A DNA stretch of 64,000 nucleotides, from positions 21,142,001 to 21,206,000 of the forward strand of contig OZ193909.1 of NCBI GenBank assembly GCA_964276515.1. The letters run 5' to 3'. The position numbers were made by a program, and so were the translations under genes. Positions 37,978-50,100 of the stretch are shown here, piece after piece. A model generated the notes under the pieces. The model ran no database searches and had not been told where the DNA came from. It worked only from the letters and a program-made list of their open reading frames with translations. The stretch is from Gordius albopunctatus (lineage: Eukaryota). Numbering within the stretch: the stretch's first letter is position 1; each line of letters opens with the position of its first letter.

Positions 37978-38399
37978 TTAGAGCGTATCAACTATACACC
38001 AATGCTATATATTAGTTAGAGGCACTTAGCTACAATCAATGTGGTACTGAAAATGACTTGTAATAGAATATACAAGACTCTTCAACTACCATTAGGCATA
38101 TTTTTTATTTATAACATGGGAGATGGTTTTAAATCATGGAATAGTGCAATTCACATTAATTCTATTTTAATTGCCTGAATCACAATTTAAAGAATTTGAA
38201 ATTGGTTTGTAGGCATATAACTACTATCTATTTGAAATATATTACATGATCATATCATGTTATAAATGATCTTTATATTACGTTTCTATGAATATTCGGT
38301 TTCAAATATACAAGATAAAAATGAATTAAATGTATTGTGATAACTCTAGCTTGCATAAATGTATTGATAGAATTCTTGTCTGCAACTTTTAAAGAAAAA

Positions 38400-39479
38400 C
38401 AGATGAGTAAGTAACCTTAAAAATTCCCTCTCCAACAAGATGGGGAGGTAATGTGATAATACTTATGAGTTTTTTCATAAATGAAAACATTCTTTAAGAA
38501 TTAGCCCTAATGGATACATTGCTTGACAATCATGTCTTTTGGGGGAAAGTTAAAAAATTAACCATTTTTTAGATGTCATTTTGACGAAAATAACGTCTAT
38601 AGAAAGTGATAATGACTTACTGTCGGATGTGCCCGAAGCTTTTTATAACATAAAACCCCATTTTAATGAGATCTCTAACAAGAAATTTAGGCAAACCGAT
38701 AGAGTCTTAATCAAAAAATTCATTAGCAAAAGAAAGGCGTTTTGCTGTAAGCACTTTCATGTGGCGGCAAATTTGCTTGATCCACCGTATTGTGGACTTC
38801 ATCTGACGAGTAAAGTAATTGGGCAAGCCTTTCGCGCTATTAAAATAATTTCCCAAGGTGCGGATCTAAATGTAGCCAAGGTTATTGCCAATTTGGCAGA
38901 ATTTCGCGCAAAAGAGGGGTTATTTGGCGAAAGGCTTAGATGGGAGAGTGCCAGCTACACTTCACCGTTGACGTGGTGGAACGGGGTATGCACGAATCAA
39001 CCCTCGTCAGAAGTTGCTGTAAGTAAAGCTTTTTTCGATTCCTGCTGCCACTAATGCTTCCACGGAAGATAGAATTTGGTCTACATTTGGAAATGTGCAT
39101 TCTAAATCACGAAATAGGATGAAGAATGACAAGGTCAAGAAACTAGTTTCGATAAGACACAATATGTACTTGAAAGATTCTGTCAGTTTTGAACCAAAAA
39201 CGCTATCATTATCTTCCTCTAATGAATCGATTTCTTCGCCTAATGACGATAGTCAAAGTTCAGATATTCACAATTTTTAATGTGATGTTAATTTGTGATT
39301 AAATATTGTATATTATTGGACAAATGAACTTAATTAGCAATTCGTTTTTTATTTATTTATTAATTGAATTGTTTATTTTCCCCATTAATTCCCCTAAATT
39401 CCCGTTTTTTCCTCTAAATTCCCATATTGTCCCGGGAATATTCCCTCAATTGAAATTCCCGGGAAAATACCCATCTCTA
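38400..39479 (+). mobile_element. hAT transposase pseudogene fragment with right terminus
   Basis: ORFs 38581-39054 (HVAANLLDP...PLTWW) and 39095-39280 (HSKSRNRMKNDKVKKLV), with a frameshifted IPAATNAS-E-NWS motif between them. TTCCC subterminal repeats end in CCCATCTCTA. The left boundary is approximate. Confidence 0.8.
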
Positions 39480-40132
39480 AGATGAATAATAAAAGTTAAA
39501 TTTAGAAAAAAAGGTAATTACTAAATTAATTTAAGCGAATCTTTAAGATAAAACAGCAAATATAAATTATTTCTTAAGCGTTTTCGTAAGAAGTACTTAT
39601 AATTAAAGTGTTTAAGGAAGTAAGAATAACCTATTAATAAGACTACTTATCTGAAATGGGGTGGGCATATATGAAATAATAATAATTCAAATAAATAAAT
39701 ATCCAGAATATTTTTATTTAGAGCACGAATTTTATCACGTCATGGATTTTATGAACCCACTATTTTTAGTGTCTATATATAATAAGACAAACCAAATGCG
39801 AATTCTGTTTTAGTCATCAAATCCCACTAAAATTAAATGTTTTTGGAAAAATTACTGATCCATGCTCTTACTTATTATACAATAATACCATTATTTTATT
39901 TCTCTAGTTAGCTGATTTATTTGAAATACAATTTTCCTTATATAATAAAATAATTAATTGAAAGATGGATAATTATTAAAAATATGCTTCCATGATCGAC
40001 CACGTGATAATAATTTAAATTTTATTTATTTAATTTAAATAGTTGATTAAACCCAAATAATTTTGACCGTATACTGTAACATGTTTATTAAACATTTAAA
40101 TATCTAATTCGAGAAAACTTCAGCCTTGTATG

Positions 40133-40917
40133 TGTTTAGTCCGGTAAAGATGGATGATGTTTGTCTTGGTCAATTGTTATGTTCAAGGGCTTCTGTAACG
40201 TCAGGGTTGGAGTGATAGTTTCAGGGGATTTTGGCTCTTAATCCCGGTCGTTAAATATTGATGCCTTAGATGTTTTCGGTTATATTGAGAGTGAACGTAG
40301 TCCAGAATCAATTGCCAATAAGTGAACTTTATTTGATCTTTATATTCGATACAAGTCACGTCATAGGATACAATTAGCGTGGCAATTATAATTATCTTAG
40401 GGATTGTAGCGAGGAAGGGGATTTCGTAAAACTTCGTAAAGCGATAACAAAATATATATAATAATAGTAGTAGTATTTTAGACGTGAAGGGAATTTCGCA
40501 GGGGTTCGTAAGGTCAGAGAGGATACGGTAATTCCCCCAACGGGGAATTAACTGTAAAAATAAAAAGTAACCCTTTAATTAATTCTTTCTTACTCGAAAC
40601 AGGGATTCTTATCATGACCACCAGGTTTTATAACCCCCGCCTGTTCCCTTTATTTATTACATTTACTTCTCTTTATCTACTAGCCCTTTTCCGGCCACAT
40701 TTTAAGCTTATCTGCTCTTACATCTTTTTGAACTGCTTAATCTTGACCGCTCTCCTCACTATGAGGATACAATACTCAATCCCCTGCATAACTACACCTG
40801 CTCCCCCCTCCTTAATCCATAATTAACTCAATTAATAAGGGAATCCTAACACCAAGGCAGGGGCATTTAGGGTACGGGTTGAGTTATTTCTTGTCCCGGT
40901 CCCGTGGGGACACGACA
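40133..40917. mobile_element. Solo LTR (785 bp) with 5-bp TSD
   Basis: TGT...ACA bounded by GTATG on both sides (40128-40132, 40918-40922). The empty site is visible in the Helitron copy at about 55050-55065. Confidence 0.85.
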
Positions 40918-41097
40918 GTATGTATGACGTCATTATTGTATATGCTGCTATAAATGAAACTGGCCGGGAAATGTCCGATATTTTTAAAACAAAAAGGTAT
41001 TTTAGGAATATGAAAAAGCTATTTTACCCCTGGCCGCCCTGGGCATCTACGACTAAATTTTCGCGCAAATCGGGCCGGTAGTTTCAGAATTTAGCCC

Positions 41098-41100
<3 letters not shown>

Positions 41101-41128
<28 letters not shown>

Positions 41129-41572
41129 CATACATACATACATACATACATACATACATACATACATACATACATACATACATACATACATACATACATA
41201 CATACATACATACATACATACATACATACATACATACATACATACATACATACATACATACATACATACATACATACATACATACATACATACATACATA
41301 CATACATACATACATACATACATACATACATACATACATACATACATACATACATACATACATACATACATACATACATACATACATACATACATACATA
41401 CATACATACATACATACATACATACATACATACATACATACATACATACATACATACATACATACATACATACATACATACATACATACATACATACATA
41501 CATACATACATACATACATACATACATACATACATACATACATACATACATACATACATACATACATACATA
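41101..41572. repeat. (CATA)118 microsatellite
   Basis: Uninterrupted 472-bp tetranucleotide array at the Helitron 5' end. Confidence 0.98.
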
Positions 41573-42440
41573 GACTTTACTTTATATATATTGATATACT
41601 AAAAATAGTGGGTTCATAAAACTACTTCATCATAACTCATTTTAAGTCCTTAGATTATATTACAATTAATGCTATGGATTTAGATATGCAATAAATATAT
41701 TTAAAAAATTATTTAAGCACTAAGGCCCACTCATGTTTTAGTCAGCCAGCTAAAATTATTAAAATGTTAATTAAACGCGGCTACCCCAAAGGTTTGAATC
41801 CTAAAACAAGGACACAACTCAATTTACTATATTAAGATTATGATGGTCAATAAAGAGATATTAATACCGAGATCTCGCCGATAAAATTTCGTCTCGTCTC
41901 GATCTCAGCTCAATTTTTAAAAGTCTGTGAGAGGAGATTGAGGTCGGGGCTTTTCTCGGCTCGCTATTCTCCAAATCTTTAAAAAAAAGGTTTTATTTTT
42001 ATTCTTCTAGTTAACTAACCATAATATAAAGATAGTTTAAAAAAAGTGGCACAGATTATGGAGCATTTAATTCGATTATTATTATGTATTTTTGATGTAA
42101 ACTCTAAATTTCTCCTTTTAATTATGACATTGTTGCAATATTTAATGGCACTATAAAGGTTACGAATAAAGAGTTATATAAACCCAAGAAGGATTAGTTC
42201 GTATATCCATTATGTTATGCTTTAATAAAAAAGTCTAGCCATTCGTTTCAGGAGGGTAGTAAATAGTATATCAACTTTTCCCCAAAAACTATAAAGATAT
42301 AGGTCCGCACCTTTATTTTATTTATTATTAATTAATAAAGTGATGGAATGTAGGATAATATAGAACATTATATTCAACTGTGTATGTTAAATTTTAGCTT
42401 AACACCAAAACTAAAGATTACGTGGCTTAAATTGCACTGC

Positions 42441-42617
42441 CAAGGGCGTAACCAAGAGGGGGGGGGGTGGGGTAGTGAGGGGCCCCTTCCCCCCTCTAAG
42501 TCCAAACATTTTGTTAACATTTATTAAAATTATGGCCCAAATTTCGAAAAAAGGTTGATTTTGCTCTTCCCTAAATCATTATTGCCCCCTCTAATTTTAA
42601 TGCTGGCTACGCTGATG
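42441..42617. mobile_element. hAT MITE, CATGGGCGTAGCC family
   Basis: Family TIRs; TSD TGCACTGC/GGCACTGC. Confidence 0.85.
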
Positions 42618-44364
42618 GGCACTGCAATATATTAAGTAACAACTGTTCATTTAAGGATTTTAAAAATTTTAATGCCGCATGTTCCCTAATTGAATAAAAT
42701 GATTTCGATGTTAGGATTATAAACATTAATCCTTAATAAGTTTGTTTTACTTGAAAATTAAGCAAAATAAAAATACATTCAAGGTTTTATTTAAGCATCC
42801 ATTTATAAAAAAACATAGAGTAAAAATGTAAAATGTCGGTCACCATCTAATATTGCGGCAGAAATTTATGGAAATAGTATGAGACATTTTTAAATACTGA
42901 GCACCATTTTATTGATGGGAAAAAATTAAGATAAAAAAATATAAGTATGGGTCTTTGTCACATTAGTCCGGCCAATTATATTGTGTAAGACTTTGATATA
43001 AAAATAAACGATCGCATTATTGTCTCACGTGCGATGATAAGTGATTATAGAGAGTCGCCACCGCTTTAAACTTGTAATTTTGTAGTTTGGCTTTTGTAGA
43101 TGCAGCTGATATTTAAAAGATCTCAAGGCAACTCATGCATCTAATTATAAGCTTAATTGGCTAGGACTTGTTGACACGTGTCCTATTTTATATTCGATTT
43201 AGTGCAAAGAGGAAAATAAGACAAGATATATCCGAAGGTAACTAATCCGTCCTATATAAATTAATGTATCCTAAATATTCGCAATCAGACAACCGTTAGA
43301 ATAATAAGATGGACTCGATATTTAATAAATTTAAATATAATGGAAACGACTATTTTTAGGAGTTGAACGATTCTCATCGGTTATCATTCTAAAAACATTT
43401 TTGCGGGAAATGGTGAATAAAAAATGTGTTATTAGTCGCGTTTTGGTGACCTACGATTGTTTTATACACTTTTCATACACATTTTTATAACGGAATATCC
43501 GATTATACTATTATTACACTCAAAAGCTGCTACAACTATTACATTGTATTAGCCATATATAGTCAAGGTTATTTTTTAAGGGGTCAAATGGATATGCAGT
43601 TATGATAATAAAATACTTTTTAATTAAATTATTTAATGTATTAAAAATACACGTTTTCAACAATGATAAAACTTTTTTAAAGATTTATAAAATCAATAGC
43701 TAATATTAAGTTTAAAAAAATATTAAATGCAATTTATAAATCGCCGCGACATTTAAAAGCCAGTTGCCCTAAAAAAATAAATCGCTTTTTAAAAAATTGA
43801 GGAAGTTTTTTAATTTTTTTTATGGGATTATATTTTTATAGTCTGTTTCTACTATAGAAATAAAAATTAAGAATAAAAGCATATATTTAAAGAAGATTAT
43901 GGGGACGAAATATTATATTTACTACAATAATTTTTTAACACCCTCAACAATTCCCGAAAATATATCTATGAAGAATATGACTCAAGTGTTTTGCATGAAT
44001 TGAGTTTAAAAAATAAAAATGCAAAATGTTTAAAAAATTCCATGGGCTAGTCGTAGCTGTATTCAGGGGATAGAATGACCCTTACATTTTCCCTTCTTTT
44101 TTATATGTAAACTCAAATTAATAAAAATATTGCTTAATTATAAAAATCATAGAGAATGCAAAAGAAATATAATTATATTTTACGTAATACAAATAAAAAG
44201 GGGTCAAGATGACCATCTGACTTATGTACCCATAAAAGACAGATTCTGCAATGGAAAACCTCTCTAATAGCTAATTAATGTATGATCATAGTCTGTTTCT
44301 CTTCCCAATCCCTATAAGTTAAATTATTAAATATTTTTTTTATCTTTTAAAGTGTTAAGCTACA

Positions 44365-44460
44365 ATGAGAAAAGGCGTTACCCGACTAGCCTTGACCGCT
44401 CTTTTTTTATACATGAGAAAAGGCGTTACCCGACTAGCCTTGACCGCTCTTTTTTTATAC
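44365..44460. repeat. Perfect 48-bp tandem duplication
   Basis: ATGAGAAAAGGCGTTACCCGACTAGCCTTGACCGCTCTTTTTTTATAC at 44365 and 44413. Confidence 0.92.
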
Positions 44461-44706
44461 GATTCATAATCTAACATGTTATATTACAAATACAAATTTA
44501 ATGATTAGACGGTTTTGATAGAAAAAATACCCCTTTATAAGATAAAACTTGAATTAGTTTAAAATTTATAAGCCAAAAATTTATGTGCAAAATACAAAAT
44601 TTTGTCACTACTAATAGCCCCAAAAAACTGTTTTTCCTTCATACAATTTTTATTTTTTATAATATTAAACATGAATTTTCTTCTCTTATATCTTATGTAA
44701 AAATAC

Positions 44707-45704
44707 TAGTGCTGTAAACATTTGTAATCAACGTTCATTGACAAGAATCGAACGCGTTCCCGTTCACGTTCGTCTAAAAAGAAAAGGAACGCGTTCACGT
44801 TCGTTCAAAATTTTATGATACATGTTTTTAAAGTTTAATTTAATATAAATAAATGTCTTATATTTTTTAATATAATATATAGCCATGATAAAAAATATTA
44901 GTTTTATTTCGACAATATAATTATAAATCAATATAATCTATTTTCTTATTTATTTTCAATAATAATTGTTTTTCAAAGTTGTCTTCTGATAAGCAGGAAC
45001 GCTTGGCAGTTAATACAGCATTAGCTATACTAAAAACCTGCTCCACAGGGGCAGGCAGATGAGGGGATTGGAGTATTATACTTAATAAACAAACTTTTTA
45101 AAGGAGGAAATTTATTAAAAACTCTAAATGTTTTGTCCCTCGCTTCAAAAAATTGCGACAAGATATCATCAAATGATATCTTTCATTATCAATTCTAGGG
45201 GTTTCAATCCCTTTTTTCAATAACACTAAAAGTTTATTCTTTATAGGTTCATTTTAATTATTGAATTTAATCTTTTATATGAAACGAGTGAAAAATATTT
45301 TTCATATTTTGGCCATGGCAATTTCAATTCATCTGCTGATTTTGAATATTCAGAATCTGAAGATGACGACGATATAATATTATGATTGTCCATATTAACC
45401 TATAAATTAAACTATAATTAATAATATCAAACTAATTAACTTTAATCTAATCTTCTTTTGCACGTTCTAGTATGTTAAAAGTATTTCGGAATTGGTAATA
45501 GGAAACAGGAAAAACAGCTGATTAAAAAATATAATACTTTTTTGTTAAAAATTTGGATTGACATTAATTTTCAAATAAATAAAAACAAAAAAAGGTTTTT
45601 AAAATTAAACGAACGTTAAATTCGAACGCGTTCATGAAAAAAGGAACGCGTTCACGTTCAAAGTTCACCAAAAAATAAAAGAACGCCGTTCACTTACAGC
45701 ACTA
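44707..45704 (-). mobile_element. Non-autonomous hAT element, inverted copy of 28342-29333
   Basis: TIR TAGTGCTGTAA, perfect TSD AAAAATAC, near-identical reverse complement of the 28.3-kb copy. Confidence 0.93.
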
Positions 45705-47100
45705 AAAAATACACATATGATGCAAATTTTAATGATTTTTTTATCATTATTTAAAAATATATTAACCCTAGGTCTGCCCGATTACTTGAATTTTTATATC
45801 TCCATAAACCAATATTCTTTAAAATTTGGGCAATTCTAAAGTATAAAACTTATTTTATATATGTATATATTATCGCCAATCACTTCGAGTGCATAAGAAA
45901 TTTATTTTTTGTATACTTAGTATTTTTAGGTAACTAAAATATAAAATTCCGCAGTCAAGACAAGTTATGATAACCTAGAAATATATGAGTGGCATTTAGA
46001 GTATGTGAATCAAGCTTGTTGCTATTTGCCACGATTCATTTAGAATCGTGGCAAATGAATGAATGAATCACAGCGACTTTTAATTCTTATCGTCTACATT
46101 TCAAATGTTATATTTCCTTTTAAAATGTAATTATTCCGCTTAATTTAATTTTAAAACCATTTGATTCATAAACATCTTACAATTTAAACCTGAAGTTATG
46201 GTTAATGGCTTAAAAGATCTCTAATTTAGACAAAACCGTCTAAATTGTCGCCAAGGTCTTCAAATCTCATTTTTAAGATTGACCCTTGCAAGATGGAAAT
46301 CGTAAAAACGCACCATTTCCGTAATTTGGTAACACAAATGGTTCCCAATCCCATTAACTAAGATCAAGAGTGATAAGATAAAGATATTAATGGTCATTAT
46401 AAAATATGTTATTGCAGCCAGTTACATGAAAGCGGTATCAATTTGATCTAATATAAAGTCATAATATTTAGAAAACTAGCATTAAACATAATAATAATTA
46501 AAGGAATTAATATGTTTAAAACGAGTTTGTAATATATTAAATCACTTAACACATTCAAAGAATCTTTTTCATTTTTTAATTTAAATTTTAATTATCAACT
46601 AAGCTATAGTTGTTTGGTTTGTATATCGTTTAAGTCTCAACATAAAATTTGCATATATATTAAAATTCTTTGAATTTTATTAAGCAAATAAATCTCAGCG
46701 GGAATGATTAATTGCCATGTTGAATTTAAAATCGCAAAATGCACCATCTCATTTAAAATAATTTTAATTATATTTGGACGGTCATCAACCTTACTTTTTT
46801 TGACATACAAAACCTGTTATTTGTTTTAATTTAAATTCATTGCTCCATTCAAATATTTTATTTCATTAAAGTATGATTTAATTTTGTAAATAGTGCAATA
46901 AACCTTTTCATTATTCTGTCTGTAGTAAAGTCATTCAATGATCATCGTTATGTTAACATCGTATTGAAACACTTCATTTTTTATTTAGTAACCAAGCCTG
47001 GAATTGGTGATTTAATACAATTTAATTTATTTTATTATAGCGAACGTGGTATATGAAGTAATTAAAGTTACTGAAATAAAGTTTCAAATATAACTTTGTT

Positions 47101-50100
47101 TTATATGATGATTTTGGTTTTTTGGGCTACTTTGCGGTGTTTCAAGTAAACTTTGTGTTCTTTACCCTGCCCTATTTCTTGCACTGAATCAAATATTATA
47201 TCTTGACTCTCAATGTCTGACCAATGATTTAAAACAGTTTTATGGGCTTGATACTCTTTTAATGTAGGTAGTATCATATCACAAATGAGACATATGAAAT
47301 GTTTGTGGTCCTTCTGATGTCGCAGAACATCCCTTTGACATCTAAATCTGTAATGACACACGTTGCACGGGTACTCCTTAATTTCTAAATTTTTTTATTA
47401 TCATAAAATGGATTTAAGCATTAACCCTCATAACAAGGTGACAAATAAAACGAATTGCCATATAATGTAATTTTAAAGTTTAAGATGGGCTTCTCTGAGT
47501 CGTATGTCAACTCAGTATACCAACAACTTCGCTAAAATTAAATCATTAGGTGACTCTTTAGTGTCTGTTGTTATATAAAACGTGTAATATCTTATTAAAT
47601 TTTAAGCACCTAACACAATCAATGAAAATGAGATACAAGATAGTACATCAGATTTAATTGATGAGTATGATGAGATTTTCAATCTACTTTATGCCTTATA
47701 AATGTCATTGTAAAAAATCGGTGGATTTGGATTGATAGCGTAGGTAGAGGGATGTGGAACGCAATATTGCGGAGACTTATGGTCCATCTACAGGGGAAAA
47801 AAGGGAAGATGAAGTCTCAAAAAATAAAAATGAAGTATTTTTTCCCCTGAAGATATACCATAATAAGTCTCCGCAATATTGCGTTCCACATCCCTCTACC
47901 TACGCTATCAATCCAAATCCACCGATTTTTTACAATGACATTTATATAAAGGGATTAAAAATTGTTGATTACATACTTTATGCCTCACCAGTATTTTAAA
48001 GAAAGGTAAAAATAGCAATCTAATATGAGATAAAATTTACTTTTTTCATCCATGGCATAATCATAAACCTCGCTCTCTTCCGTAGAGCTACCTTGGTTAT
48101 ATCGTTCTTCATCATTTTCCCAACTGGCATCATCATCTTCGGAGCTGGCATAACTTTCAGTGTCATTGTCATCACTGGCACCAGTGCTATAATCAGTATT
48201 TTCTGACAGTGAATCAAAGCAATATTCTTCACTAACTATCGACCTTGTTTCCTCATTATGCGCGACATCTGGATTAAAATCATATTACTGTGATGAGTTT
48301 TATAAATTTGTCTTTTTATAATTCAGAGACAATTCAAATATAAATTGATTTATATCATGTTAGATTACTTGTTGAGATTAACGATATCGTCGCAAATTAA
48401 AATCTCTATAATGAATTGAATCATATGTTACCGTTTTAGTGTTTGTTTCATTTAAAAATGTTCATATTAGAAAGTCTGCATAATTCATACTAAAGTATTT
48501 TAATCATGAATGTGAACTTAATTTAAATGTAGATGACTGTTAGTATATAAAATAAATAAGCTATTTTGTGTAGCTCTAAAGTTTTTACATATGAACCAAT
48601 TTAGATAAATCAACTTATATTAATTTATACCGACTAACCCTATGTAAATATTCCTTATATATTTATAGCTAAATATTAGAAAAATATTTCATTTTTTTAA
48701 TTACTAAGCGAATATCTAATTTAATATAATTAATTTACGAAACAAGCCTTAATCAAATCATCGAGTTTTATGTTTATTAATGACATAGAAAGCAATTTTT
48801 GATAAACTAGTTGTTTAGTTTTCACAAATTATGAAAACTTTTAGTTAATTATAAAACATACACAAAGGGGTTTAAGCAAGAGGTTAGTCAGGAAGAAGCA
48901 GGAAAAAATGTTTGCAGTTTTTTTTGTTAATTATTATTTTAACTTTCACTTCAAATTATAATAATGGATGTTATTTAAGCTAAACAGTTATAAATTAAAA
49001 AGTTCCGCCAAGTTAATTATACATTATTAAAAATTGTATTATCATAAGTAGCTTTATCAATCGATTTGATGCAGTTGTTAAATCTCCTATAACTTAGAAC
49101 AGTACCTAATTATAAAACATAGCAAATAAATTGGCTTTAAATTATGTACAACAAATCTTATGTCGTCTCCCTTTTAATCCAACCTAGTTATGTCTATGAT
49201 ATAAAAGCCTAATGTATAAAATAAAATCTTTTTTTAAGCCCTAAAACCGAGATTTTGCTAACCTTTTGAGCTTAACGTTAATTTGGCATTGTAACGAATA
49301 AACCCTTTTTATACTTTAAACGCATTATTTATAGAGAGACAAAGCGTTGGTGATAATTATATTTTTTACACAATAAAGTCTATTGGATTAAATTAATCTA
49401 AACAGCTTAATTCCATGATAGATGGATGAGTAATAACAAACCTTCAGCAAAAAGGCAATTACAATTTACACTTTATATATTGCCTTTTGGTCAATGAAAT
49501 GTTCTATGAAATTTATTATTTTACATTACTTTAGCTTTGCTATGACTTATTTACGATCTAACTAAATGAGTATTGATATATAGTTATAAATCTCTTGGGG
49601 TCGACACGCAAGTACTTCGATATGATGCCTTCAATATTTTAATGGATAATAAATAGTATGGAAGTCATCGCCGGGGGAATTGAAGACTATATATGTTATA
49701 TCTTTATGAATCATAAATAAGAATTTTTCAAATTACTAGACGGCCACAAAAGATAATAAATCTTTTTAAATAATTGAAATATAACAAATGTGCACGTCGT
49801 TATTCCAATTCACATCATATATGAGATCCCCATATTTATATAATATTTTATGAGACAAACTTTGTTCCTCTACCACCATATTTTAGTCATTCTAATTTAA
49901 ATGAATGAAAACTATTTTGGATTATAAATAAATTAAATGTTAGCGCTTTTTAAATATTTTAAGATTAATAAATCATAAATGGTTTTAAAGTTGGGGTCTA
50001 GGGCATTGATTTTTAATTATCATGTAGGATAAGAACTTCCGCCAATATAAAACTGTAAGCCCGAACCCGACTTAGCTGTCTTTTAATTTTGTCAAACTCG

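Larger units (their letters stand above)
39608..41594 (-). mobile_element. Non-autonomous Helitron, 3'-truncated, with nested solo LTR and expanded microsatellite
   Basis: Reverse complement of 54830-55580 apart from the 40133-40917 insertion; 5' TC at 41594; the 3' hairpin and CTAG are missing. Confidence 0.85.

Noticed and set aside
41084..41571. Three 157-159 aa MYVC-repeat ORFs
   Set aside because: They are translations of the (CATA)n microsatellite, not genes.
44365..44460. CRISPR-like repeat
   Set aside because: Only two adjacent copies, no spacer, no cas genes, and a eukaryotic context.
29334..44706. Past inversion between the inverted hAT copies
   Set aside because: Each copy keeps its own matching TSD, so the flanks have not been exchanged.
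48020..48232. 70-aa ORF MKNIALIHCQ as a separate gene
   Set aside because: It is an alternative frame of the acidic exon 48041-48268, whose splice phases fit the other frame.
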